This document shows positions 1-8,430 of a stretch of DNA of 64,000 bases, piece after piece. The notes under the pieces were generated by a model. The model did no database searches. It saw only the letters and a list, made by a program, of their open reading frames with translations, and was not told the DNA's origin. Origin of the DNA: Candidatus Falkowbacteria bacterium (GTDB taxonomy: Bacteria; Patescibacteriota; Patescibacteriia; Patescibacteriales; GWE2-39-37); assembly GCA_013336275.1 (NCBI GenBank), contig JAAXUA010000002.1:127904-191903 (forward strand). The letters are read 5' to 3'. Numbering within the stretch: the stretch's first letter is position 1; each line of letters opens with the position of its first letter. The position numbers and the translations under genes are program-made.

Positions 1-654
1 CAGGTCATCCATCCCTGGAGCCGGTTCGATGAAAGGCTGTCAAATGTCAGTATCGAAGACATCCAGAAGATCAGGGAAGGTTGGAAGGCTGGTCCGAACA
101 ATTTTGTTGTCGGCTTTGTCGGCCGGCTGGTCGAGTGGAAAGGCGCTCAGGTCCTAGTGAAGGCAATCAAGCTTCTCAAGGATAGGGGCGCGAGCAATAT
201 CAAGTGCGTCATAATCGGTTCGGGGCAGAGCGAGCCGAATAACGAGGCGGCAGTGCATGACCTGGTTGCCGATCTTGATCTCGGAGAAACTGTCGTCTTC
301 ACAGGACACGTGAAGCTGGTGGCACCGTTAGTGAAGTCTCTGGACTTGCTTTGTTTGACCTCGATCGAGCCGGAACCCTATTCGACCGTGGTTGTTGAAG
401 CTATGCTGGCTCGAGTGCCGACTATCGGCACCGACCTGGGAGGCACACCGGAGGCGATCAAACATGAGCGGACGGGTTTGCTTGTCAGACCCGATGATGC
501 TGAAGGCCTGGCCGAAGCAATAATTAAAATTATGGATGATCAAGAGCTTAGAAACAGGTTAATCGACAACGGGCTTAGCTATGCCAGCGAGAACAACACT
601 GCCGTTTCGGCAGCCAGAAGGCTTGAGCAGTTGTTTGTGGAAAATTGTGAATAA
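1..654 (+). CDS. Glycosyltransferase family 1 (GT4-type), C-terminal part; the 5' end of the gene lies outside the window
   Basis: Frame 1 is open from base 1. It contains FVGRLVEWKG and EPYSTVVVEAMLARVPTIGTDLGGTPE....GLLV, which match the GT1 C-terminal Rossmann domain motifs (E-x7-E region). Confidence 0.85.
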   Translation, partial: QVIHPWSRFDERLSNVSIEDIQKIREGWKAGPNNFVVGFVGRLVEWKGAQVLVKAIKLLKDRGASNIKCVIIGSGQSEPNNEAAVHDLVADLDLGETVVFTGHVKLVAPLVKSLDLLCLTSIEPEPYSTVVVEAMLARVPTIGTDLGGTPEAIKHERTGLLVRPDDAEGLAEAIIKIMDDQELRNRLIDNGLSYASENNTAVSAARRLEQLFVENCE

Positions 655-1513
655 TCAATTATCAAAATGCATAGTCTGCGGCAGTGGCCAGAACGGGAAA
701 GTCTTTGAAGAATTCGGAGTCTCCGTTTTCAAGTGCGAATGCGGACATCTTTTTTCCGATGCCGGTTCCCGTGACGACTATGATGGCTATTTCGGCAATG
801 AGAATGTCGATGACTTCGATGTTTTTTGGTGGCGTGAGTCCCACCATCTGATGTACCAGAAGTTCATCTCGCAGTATATGCAAGGACGCTCGGGCAAGAT
901 TCTTGATGTGGGTTGCGGGCTGGGTTTTTTCCTTCAGGCAGTCCAGGGCGTCCCGGGCTGGGAAGCCTATGGTTACGAAATATCCGAGCCGGCGGCCAAC
1001 TACGCTTCTAATATCTTGCGCTTGAAGCATGTATTCAAGGGCCGGGTCGAGGATAATGGATTCGAAAATGGCAGTTTTGAAATCGTGACCCTGTTCGACG
1101 TCATCGAACACCTGCCCAATCCGAAACCGATGCTTGATTCCATAAAATCGTTGCTGGCTGAAGATGGTATCATTTTCGTCCATACGCCGAATGCCGGCAT
1201 GCAGCTCTTGAAGGCCAGGCTGAAGCGGCTGATCCATCGCGGCGTCAGGCCCAAAGGTCACTACCTCGAAGCTTCGGATCATGTTAATATTTATACGCCA
1301 GGTTCTTTGTCACGTCTGCTCCTCGGTGCGGGTTTTGCAAAGGTGGAATTCGTCCATCTGCCGCCGATCCAAAGCGTGGCCGGCAGCAGGACTCCGGCAA
1401 TGAAGCTGATTAAGAACCTATATTATTATTTCGCGGTGTTCTTGTTCAAAGCTTCATTCGGCCGGGTTAATATCGACAACCTGTTTGCCGTTGCCACGGT
1501 TAAAAGGTCATAA
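647..1513 (+). CDS. Class I SAM-dependent methyltransferase with an N-terminal Cys4 zinc-ribbon
   Basis: CIVCGSG...KCECGH zinc ribbon, then ILDVGCGLGFF (motif I) and LFDVIEHLPNP. The ORF track starts at 581 and overlaps the upstream stop; a GTG at 647 gives a more plausible start with an 8-nt overlap. Confidence 0.75.
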   Translation: MNNQLSKCIVCGSGQNGKVFEEFGVSVFKCECGHLFSDAGSRDDYDGYFGNENVDDFDVFWWRESHHLMYQKFISQYMQGRSGKILDVGCGLGFFLQAVQGVPGWEAYGYEISEPAANYASNILRLKHVFKGRVEDNGFENGSFEIVTLFDVIEHLPNPKPMLDSIKSLLAEDGIIFVHTPNAGMQLLKARLKRLIHRGVRPKGHYLEASDHVNIYTPGSLSRLLLGAGFAKVEFVHLPPIQSVAGSRTPAMKLIKNLYYYFAVFLFKASFGRVNIDNLFAVATVKRS

Positions 1514-2328
1514 TGCATCATATGGTTTACCCCCTATTATTTTTTATCTTTTTTTTCGGTTTGATCATCGGTTCGTTTTTAAATTGCCTGATTTGGCGTT
1601 TACACAAGGACGAGACAGTGCTCGGCCGCTCGTATTGTCCCCATTGCCGCCATCAGTTGGCCTGGTATGACAACGTGCCGATCCTAAGCTATGTCGCCCT
1701 GAAGGGGAAGTGCCGCTACTGCGGCAAGTCGATATCTTGGCAGTATCCGGCAGTCGAGCTGGTAACCGGCCTGCTTTTCCTGGGTTCCTTCATTTTTAAT
1801 CTCCAAGCAGCGCCTGCCCTGGACCAGCTGTTTGCAGTTCGCGTTTTACGCGATTGGCTGGTCGTGTCGGTAATGGTCATAATCTTCATTTATGATTTGC
1901 GCTGGTATCTGATTTTGGACAAGGTCACTTTCCCGGCGATGGCAGCGGTGGCGATCTTCAACCTTGTAGCTGAGTTCGGCGCTGGTGGTAGCGGCCAAGT
2001 CTTAAGTTGGCGCAATTGGGTGATTTCTGGTATAATAGGTGGTAGTTTCTTTTTATTGCAATTTATCGCAACCAAGGGCAGGGGCATAGGCGGAGGAGAT
2101 TTGCGCCTAGGGCTGCTGATGGGCTTGATCCTCGGTTGGCAAGGCTTAATCGTCGCTTTTTTTGCAGCTTATTTCTCCGGGTCGATCGTCGGCCTATCGC
2201 TTATCGCGGCTGGCAAGAAGCAGTGGGGCTCAAAATTGCCGTTCGGAGTTTTCTTGGCCCCCGCCACTATCGTCGCCCTATTCTGGGGGCAGCCGCTTTG
2301 GCAGTGGTTTTCGCGTTGGTTATATTAA
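1513..2328 (+). CDS. pilD: Prepilin peptidase (A24 family, PilD/TadV-like)
   Basis: N-terminal CPHC....CRYCG zinc-binding tetrad with LIIGSFLNCLIWRL, and C-terminal GGGDLRLGLLMGLILGW catalytic Asp region. The start overlaps the upstream stop (ATAATG). Confidence 0.9.
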   Translation: MHHMVYPLLFFIFFFGLIIGSFLNCLIWRLHKDETVLGRSYCPHCRHQLAWYDNVPILSYVALKGKCRYCGKSISWQYPAVELVTGLLFLGSFIFNLQAAPALDQLFAVRVLRDWLVVSVMVIIFIYDLRWYLILDKVTFPAMAAVAIFNLVAEFGAGGSGQVLSWRNWVISGIIGGSFFLLQFIATKGRGIGGGDLRLGLLMGLILGWQGLIVAFFAAYFSGSIVGLSLIAAGKKQWGSKLPFGVFLAPATIVALFWGQPLWQWFSRWLY

Positions 2329-2332
2329 TATC

Positions 2333-3853
2333 ATGGCAAAAACAAAGAATACAGGGACTGATTTGGCAATAAGATTATTTTTAGGCATGGCGACGCTGGC
2401 TGCTCTGGGTCAGCTTTATTTTTATCTTTTCGGCCCCGGCTATGAGCTGGTGCGTGCCCAATCATCCACTAACGGCGGCAATGTCCATGGCTACGCTTGG
2501 TCGAGCAACTTCGGCTGGGTCAGCTTCAACTGCAATCAGACGGATGGCAATACTTGTGCGAGCAACAGTTATGGCGTCAGCATCGATGCGGTGACCGGCC
2601 AATTCTCCGGTTACGCCTGGTCGAGCAATGTAGGCTGGATTTATTTCGGACCGCCCGAGGAGATGCCAGAGGCCATCGCTTCGAGCTCGGCTCCGGCAGC
2701 ACCTCGACAATGGCCGGTCTATGACTTTAGCGACAGGCGGGTCAGCGGCTGGGCCAAGGTGATTTCTATGGGTGTTGATGAGGGCTGGATCGATTTTACC
2801 AGAAGCGTGCTCAACCATCAGCCGGGAATCAGGGGCACGATTGATGACGCTACCAAACAAGTCCGGTTCGACGGTTGGGCCTGGGATGGCGATACCACGA
2901 ACACGGTCGGGGTCGGCTGGCTTGAATTCGACACGGCACGCCCAGGCTATGTTTATGCCACCGGTCTAACCGGACCGATGCCCATCAATTTAGTCGCTCC
3001 GCTCAGGACTAATGATGCCGCCTGCGCCTCCGGCGATTCCAAGACCATCGGAGTTAGTTTCAACTACGAGAATAATTATAAATATTGTTATGACGGTGCG
3101 GGCACCGCGACCAATTTACGGACTTGCCGCGACGACGATCATTGCTCGAGCCGTTTCGCCGGTTTCCCGATCTGCAAACCAGGACGCATGGCCAAATATG
3201 ATTTCGTGCTGAAAGCTGACGTGGCTGGCGATGAGCCGAGTTGGCCTGGGGCGAGCGCTGATGAGGTTGGCACCACCACCTTCCGCGTGGCTGATAATGC
3301 TGCCGGCATCAGTTTTTATAGCAGCAATGATGCGACTTTCGATAGCCAGATTGCTTGGGGAACGAAATATCATGTCTGGGTCAGGGTTTGGGATGAAAAA
3401 GATCAGACCGCCGGCTGGGTTTCGATGAATCGTTTGGATGACGGCGGCTGGATCGTCGAGGACGGCGATCAGACCACCTTCACCATGCCGAGGCATAATG
3501 TGCCTAGAGTCGATTTCACCTGGACTCCGGACAACCCCAGCAAAGAGGAGATCGTGACCTTCGAGCCGACAGACTCGACATCGACTACGGCGGTTTATCG
3601 TGATACGGCAGGCGAGGAAACTATCGGCATCAGGCCAGATACCTCGGCGGGTGATGCTTGGAGCTGGATATTCAACAATGGCAACCCGGCAGCTTCGACC
3701 GAAGAGCGGCCCAAGGTGCAGATGGTCAATAACGGCTTGACGGCCATAACCCTGGCTTTGACCGACAGCGACGGTTACCGATGCACGACTTCGCCCAAGA
3801 CCTTCAATGCCAATCTCAAACTCCCTGATTGGAAAGAAAAAAATCCCAAATAG
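2333..3853 (+). CDS. Secreted or membrane-anchored repeat protein (G[YW]AW..N.GW motifs, C-terminal PKD/Ig-like region)
   Basis: ATG at 2333 follows the pilD stop. There is an N-terminal hydrophobic anchor (LAIRLFLGMATLAALGQLYFYLF). Repeats GYAWSSNFGWVSF, GYAWSSNVGWIYF and GWAWDGDTTNTVGVGWLEF are present, and the C-terminal VDFTWTPDNPSKEEIVTFEPTD resembles a PKD domain. No family could be assigned. Confidence 0.55.
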   Translation: MAKTKNTGTDLAIRLFLGMATLAALGQLYFYLFGPGYELVRAQSSTNGGNVHGYAWSSNFGWVSFNCNQTDGNTCASNSYGVSIDAVTGQFSGYAWSSNVGWIYFGPPEEMPEAIASSSAPAAPRQWPVYDFSDRRVSGWAKVISMGVDEGWIDFTRSVLNHQPGIRGTIDDATKQVRFDGWAWDGDTTNTVGVGWLEFDTARPGYVYATGLTGPMPINLVAPLRTNDAACASGDSKTIGVSFNYENNYKYCYDGAGTATNLRTCRDDDHCSSRFAGFPICKPGRMAKYDFVLKADVAGDEPSWPGASADEVGTTTFRVADNAAGISFYSSNDATFDSQIAWGTKYHVWVRVWDEKDQTAGWVSMNRLDDGGWIVEDGDQTTFTMPRHNVPRVDFTWTPDNPSKEEIVTFEPTDSTSTTAVYRDTAGEETIGIRPDTSAGDAWSWIFNNGNPAASTEERPKVQMVNNGLTAITLALTDSDGYRCTTSPKTFNANLKLPDWKEKNPK

Positions 3854-3933
3854 CTTACTATGAAAACTGCCCCTCGAGGGGCAGTTTTTGGTTGGAAAAA
3901 AGGCATTTCCTGTGCTATGATTTAGTTGAATAT

Positions 3934-4512
3934 ATGATAAAAAATCGTTTAAAATCGATAAGGTCCGGTGCAGGCTTCACCTTCATAGAAATGTCGGTCA
4001 GCGTTACCATAATCGGCCTGTTGGCTACCTTGTTCGTGACTAATTATCGCTCGGCTGAAAGGCAGCAGCGGCTGTATACGGCGGCCGACCAGCTGGTCAG
4101 CGATATCCGCCTGATGCAAAGCTACGCCCTGGGCGCCAAGAAGCACGAGGGCCAGGTACCGTTGGGCGGCTGGGGGGTTCATTTGGACGCGACCGATCCG
4201 GCAAATTACTCTTTGTATGCCGACACTTGCGCCTCAGGAATCGGCACTTACGAGGTTGCTTGCGCCACCGGTACGCCGGATGCGATTATTAAGACTGGCA
4301 AGCTGCCCAGGGACGTCCGGATCAATCCCGTCAACGGCCTTATGGTCGACAGCGTCTCGGTCAACGATGTCAGTCTGCTGTTTTTCCCGCCAGATCCCAA
4401 GACCAGCATCAACCTGACCGGCCAATCCTTGAATGTCGTCCTGATGGACTCCATGACCGGACGGACCAAAGAGGTGGATGTTAATTATTTCGGTTTGATA
4501 GACCTGCGCTGA
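3934..4512 (+). CDS. Type IV pilin-like / pseudopilin (prepilin-type N-terminal cleavage-methylation domain)
   Basis: MIKNRLKSIRSGAGFTFIEMSVSVTIIGLLATLFV matches the class III signal peptide G^FTxIE followed by a hydrophobic helix. The ORF track starts at 3829, but a start at 3934 is more plausible. Confidence 0.8.
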   Translation: MIKNRLKSIRSGAGFTFIEMSVSVTIIGLLATLFVTNYRSAERQQRLYTAADQLVSDIRLMQSYALGAKKHEGQVPLGGWGVHLDATDPANYSLYADTCASGIGTYEVACATGTPDAIIKTGKLPRDVRINPVNGLMVDSVSVNDVSLLFFPPDPKTSINLTGQSLNVVLMDSMTGRTKEVDVNYFGLIDLR

Positions 4513-4513
4513 T

Positions 4514-5035
4514 ATGAGAAAGTGGCTAAAAAAAATCCGAAGCAATGACGGCTTTTCTTTCATCGAGCTTCTGGCCGTCATGTTCATCGTGAATGTGGCT
4601 CTGGTCGCCCTGATCAGCATGTCGCTGCAGGCGATCCAGACAGAGAGGTTTAATCGTAACGTCCTGATAGCCGCTCAGCTGGCCCAGGAGGGCATCGAGC
4701 TGGTGCGTAATATCCGGGACAATGATTGGCAGGCAGGGGTTACGCCGAGTTCGATCTTCAATTCGGCGAATGACGGCGTCTATGCCATGGACTATACTTT
4801 AGGCGCGGCCGTGCCGCTGACCGGCGGGCTGACTGACGACGCCTCCAAACTGTATACGGATACCCAGGGCTATTATTCCCATGACAGTACCGGCACCTCT
4901 ACCAAGTTCAGGCGAGCCATATCGATCTTCGCTGCCGGCATTGCCTCGACAACCGTGACCAGCGAAGTGCGGTTCAGCGATGGAGTGACGGCCAGGAATT
5001 ACAAAGTTGAAACCATCCTTTATGACTGGAAATAG
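4514..5035 (+). CDS. Pseudopilin (prepilin-type N-terminal domain)
   Basis: RSNDGFSFIELLAVMFIVNVALVALIS matches the prepilin cleavage motif plus hydrophobic helix. The gene is adjacent to other pilin genes. Confidence 0.8.
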   Translation: MRKWLKKIRSNDGFSFIELLAVMFIVNVALVALISMSLQAIQTERFNRNVLIAAQLAQEGIELVRNIRDNDWQAGVTPSSIFNSANDGVYAMDYTLGAAVPLTGGLTDDASKLYTDTQGYYSHDSTGTSTKFRRAISIFAAGIASTTVTSEVRFSDGVTARNYKVETILYDWK

Positions 5036-5627
5036 GACAATCAAGCTGCCAGCGCGGCTCAAATCCGAGGAGGGCTTCAGCCTTTTGGAGATCCTGATGT
5101 CCATGCTGGTCTTCAACCTGATGATTCTGGCCATCGGCGGCATCTTCACTCAGATGGTCGATGGCCAGCGTGCGGCCATCGTCGGCAAGAATATAGGAGA
5201 GAATATGTCATACACCATGGAAGTGATGGCGAAAGAACTGCGTTCAGCCCGGCGTGAAAATTTTATGGGCACAAGGGATTGTACCGAGGCGGTTGACGGA
5301 GTCGAAGTGGCCGATGGCCGCATCTATTCGACTTCGACTACGGCTGGAGAGCTGACCTTCCAGAACAAAAACGGCGAATGCGTCAAATATTATCTGAGCG
5401 GCGATACGCTGATGGTCGAGCGGGTCTCCGGTTTGGGCACGATGGTCGCCTCAACCACAGCCAATCAGATCGCCATCAACCGGTTTGACTTCCTGATTAA
5501 TGACAACGACACGAGCCAGCCGCGCGTCACCTTGGTGATCGAGGCGCAAGGCAAGAACAAGGCGGTCGGCAAACAGGTGGTCAAACTACAGACTACAGTC
5601 TCATCAAGATTCTATGAACATAATTGA
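5022..5627 (+). CDS. Pseudopilin (prepilin-type N-terminal domain)
   Basis: SEEGFSLLEILMSMLVFNLMILAIGGIF matches the prepilin motif. The alternative start at 5007 overlaps the upstream gene. Confidence 0.75.
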   Translation: MTGNRTIKLPARLKSEEGFSLLEILMSMLVFNLMILAIGGIFTQMVDGQRAAIVGKNIGENMSYTMEVMAKELRSARRENFMGTRDCTEAVDGVEVADGRIYSTSTTAGELTFQNKNGECVKYYLSGDTLMVERVSGLGTMVASTTANQIAINRFDFLINDNDTSQPRVTLVIEAQGKNKAVGKQVVKLQTTVSSRFYEHN

Positions 5628-6009
5628 TAAGATCAGAAATCAGCGAGGCTCGGCTTTGCTCATGACCATCCTGGTGCTGAGCAGCTTGATGGTGGTCGGA
5701 TTGTCGGCCGCCAGCGTCGCTTTGTCCGGCGTCCTGATCAGCGGCGTGCAGCAACGTTCGACCGTGGCCTTGTATGTGGCCGAGACCGGAGCGGAGGAGG
5801 CCTTATACCAGGCCAGAAAGAACGGCTGGGTCTTGCCTGTGGCTTCTTCGAGCGCTAATGTCTTTGGCACCTCGACTTTGTCTAACGGCGGTTTTTACAC
5901 CGTCGACTACGCCTCATCGACCGATATCCTGACCGGGTCGTCAACTAATTCATTTTTTAGCGACGGCGACTTCAAGGAGACGCGCCGGCGCATCGAACTC
6001 CAATTCTGA
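5614..6009 (+). CDS. Minor pilin, PilX/GspK N-terminal-like
   Basis: QRGSALLMTILVLSSLMVVGLSAAS resembles the PilX_N segment (GxALxxxL) of minor pilins. The gene ends the pilin cluster. Confidence 0.55.
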   Translation: MNIIDKIRNQRGSALLMTILVLSSLMVVGLSAASVALSGVLISGVQQRSTVALYVAETGAEEALYQARKNGWVLPVASSSANVFGTSTLSNGGFYTVDYASSTDILTGSSTNSFFSDGDFKETRRRIELQF

Positions 6010-6010
6010 T

Positions 6011-8113
6011 ATGAGCCAAGAAATCAAGCAAAGGATAGATAAGCTGAAAGCGGAGATAGACCATCACCGCTATCTTTATCATGTCCTGGACCAACAGGAA
6101 ATCAGCGAGGCGGCGCTTGATTCCTTGAAGCACGAGCTATTCAGGCTTGAGCAAGCCCATCCCGAATTAATAACTCCTGATTCGCCGACCCAGCGCGTAG
6201 CCGGCGAGGTCCTGGCCAAGTTCGCCAAGGTCGAGCACAGCCAGCCGATGCTGTCGCTGTATGACGCCTTTTCACCTGAAGACATGAGGGACTGGGAGGC
6301 TAGGATGGAACGCATACTGCCGGGCCAGAAATTCAGCTATTACTGCGAACTGAAGATGGACGGCCTGGCCATGAGCTTGGTCTATCGCCAGGGTGTCTTT
6401 GTCCAGGGAGCGACCCGGGGAGACGGCCGGGTCGGGGAAAACGTTACCCAGAATCTGCGGACCATCGAGTCTATTCCGTTACGTTTGCGCGTCCCGACCT
6501 TGGCTGAATTGAAAAAGATCGGCCTGACCCAGGCTTCGATAAATACGTTGTTTGATAAGATCAATAATGGCGAGGTCGAGGTTCGCGGAGAAGCGATCAT
6601 GAACCTGAAGACCTTCGCGAACCTGAACAAGAAATACGCCAAGGAGGGCAAGCCTTTGCTGGCCAACCCGAGAAACGGCGCGGCCGGATCGATCCGGCAG
6701 CTGGATACGTCGGTGACGGCTGAGCGACAGCTTGATTTCCATGTCTATGCCTTGGTGACCGAACTCGGTCTGACCAAACACGAAGAAGAGCATGAGCTAG
6801 CCAAGCTGCTAGGTTTTAAAATTCTGAAAGAGAACAAGCTTTGCAAAAATCTTGATGAGGCCATCAAATTCCATGACCATTGGGAAGCGCATAAGCACGA
6901 GATGCCGTTCGAGTGTGACGGCGCGGTAATCCTGGTGGATGACACCACGCTGTGGCCCAAGTTGGGCGTCGTCGGCAAAGGCCCGCGTTACGTCATGGCC
7001 TACAAGTTTGCGGCCGAGCAAGTAACGACCAAGCTTTTGGATGTGATCTGGCAGGTCGGCCGTACCGGCGCCCTGACTCCGACTGCTGTCCTCGAGCCGG
7101 TGCGGGTCGGCGGCGTTACCGTCAGCCGCTCGACGCTGCATAATATGGACGAGATTGAGCGGCTGGACTTGCGCTTGGGCGATACGGTGATTCTAGAGCG
7201 GGCCGGCGATGTCATACCCAAAATTATCCAAGCGCTTGTAAATCTACGCAATGGCAAGGAAAAGAAAATCGCGCCGCCTAAAGAGTGCCCGATGTGTGAC
7301 AGCCCGGTCGTCCGCCTTGAAGGCGAGGTGGCTTATCGCTGCTCGAACAAGAGCTGCTACGCCGCCAATCTGCGGGGCTTTTATCATTGGACCTCAAAAG
7401 TCGCCATGGATATCCCCGGACTGGGACCGAAAATCATCGATCAGCTGGTTAAAGAGGGATTGGTGGCCGATCCGTCAGATTTTTATGCCTTGACGGTCGG
7501 CGACCTCTTGCCGCTCGAGCGTTTCGCCGAGAAATCGGCCGAGAACCTGATCGACTCGATCAACGAACGGAAGGCCGTGCCGCTTGAACGCCTGCTGGTC
7601 GCCCTGGGCATCAGGCACGTCGGCGAGGAGACGGCATTGCTTTTGGCCAAGGAAATTGCCAAAAGCAAAGAACCAGACGACGAGCTATCGATAGGCGGAT
7701 TGATTGAGATAATGGACGGTTACAGCCTGGAAGAGCTGCAGGAACTGCCCGATATCGGACCGATCGTGGGGCAGAGCATCTACGAATGGTTCCACGCCAA
7801 GCACAATATCGAATTGTTGAAAAAATTAGCAAAAAATGGGCTAAAATTAAATAAAAATAATCAAAAATCAATCGTCTCAAATGCCGCATTCAGCGGCAAA
7901 ACTCTGGTCTTGACCGGCACCTTGTCCAGTTTGACAAGAGACGAGGCAAAAGCTAAGATAAGAGAATTAGGCGGCAAAATTAGCAGTAGCGTTAGCAAAA
8001 AGACCGACTTCGTGGTCGCTGGTGTCGAGGCCGGCAGCAAGTTGGAAGACGCAAAAAAACTTGACGTCAAAATCCTGACAGAAGAAGAATTTTTGAAAAT
8101 AGCCAATTCATAG
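6011..8113 (+). CDS. ligA: NAD-dependent DNA ligase
   Basis: CELKMDGLA carries the adenylation KxDG motif. The protein has an Ia domain, OB fold, Zn finger (CPMCDSPV...C..C), HhH and a C-terminal BRCT; it is 700 aa. Confidence 0.95.
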   Translation: MSQEIKQRIDKLKAEIDHHRYLYHVLDQQEISEAALDSLKHELFRLEQAHPELITPDSPTQRVAGEVLAKFAKVEHSQPMLSLYDAFSPEDMRDWEARMERILPGQKFSYYCELKMDGLAMSLVYRQGVFVQGATRGDGRVGENVTQNLRTIESIPLRLRVPTLAELKKIGLTQASINTLFDKINNGEVEVRGEAIMNLKTFANLNKKYAKEGKPLLANPRNGAAGSIRQLDTSVTAERQLDFHVYALVTELGLTKHEEEHELAKLLGFKILKENKLCKNLDEAIKFHDHWEAHKHEMPFECDGAVILVDDTTLWPKLGVVGKGPRYVMAYKFAAEQVTTKLLDVIWQVGRTGALTPTAVLEPVRVGGVTVSRSTLHNMDEIERLDLRLGDTVILERAGDVIPKIIQALVNLRNGKEKKIAPPKECPMCDSPVVRLEGEVAYRCSNKSCYAANLRGFYHWTSKVAMDIPGLGPKIIDQLVKEGLVADPSDFYALTVGDLLPLERFAEKSAENLIDSINERKAVPLERLLVALGIRHVGEETALLLAKEIAKSKEPDDELSIGGLIEIMDGYSLEELQELPDIGPIVGQSIYEWFHAKHNIELLKKLAKNGLKLNKNNQKSIVSNAAFSGKTLVLTGTLSSLTRDEAKAKIRELGGKISSSVSKKTDFVVAGVEAGSKLEDAKKLDVKILTEEEFLKIANS

Positions 8114-8124
8114 TCTTATAAAAT

Positions 8125-8418
8125 ATGCATTTAACCAAACAGGAAATCGAACATGTCGCCAAGTTGGCGAGATTGGAACTAACCGAAGAGGAAGTTACTA
8201 AATACGGCGAACAGTTGTCCGCCGTCTTGTCGTATATCGATCAGCTTTCCGAGGTCGACACGGCCGGCGTCGAGCCGACCGCTCAGGTCACCGGCCTGGA
8301 AAACGTCTGGCGCGAAGACCAAGTCGAGGTCTGGGACGAGACTCAGACTAGGAACGCTCTTGAACTGGCCCCGGAACTGGAAGATGGCCAGATCAAGGTA
8401 AAGCGGATTCTTGAGTAA
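8125..8418 (+). CDS. gatC: Asp-tRNA(Asn)/Glu-tRNA(Gln) amidotransferase subunit C
   Basis: TKQEIEHVAKLARLELTEEE...LSAVLSYIDQL is a canonical GatC sequence; the protein is 97 aa and sits immediately upstream of gatA. Confidence 0.9.
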   Translation: MHLTKQEIEHVAKLARLELTEEEVTKYGEQLSAVLSYIDQLSEVDTAGVEPTAQVTGLENVWREDQVEVWDETQTRNALELAPELEDGQIKVKRILE

Positions 8419-8430
8419 ACAATAATTTTT

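Noticed and set aside
2162-2332. ORF-track N-terminal extension of the repeat protein, overlapping the pilD 3' end.
   Set aside because: The overlap would be 167 nt. The in-frame ATG at 2333 immediately after the pilD stop gives a sensible membrane-anchor N-terminus.
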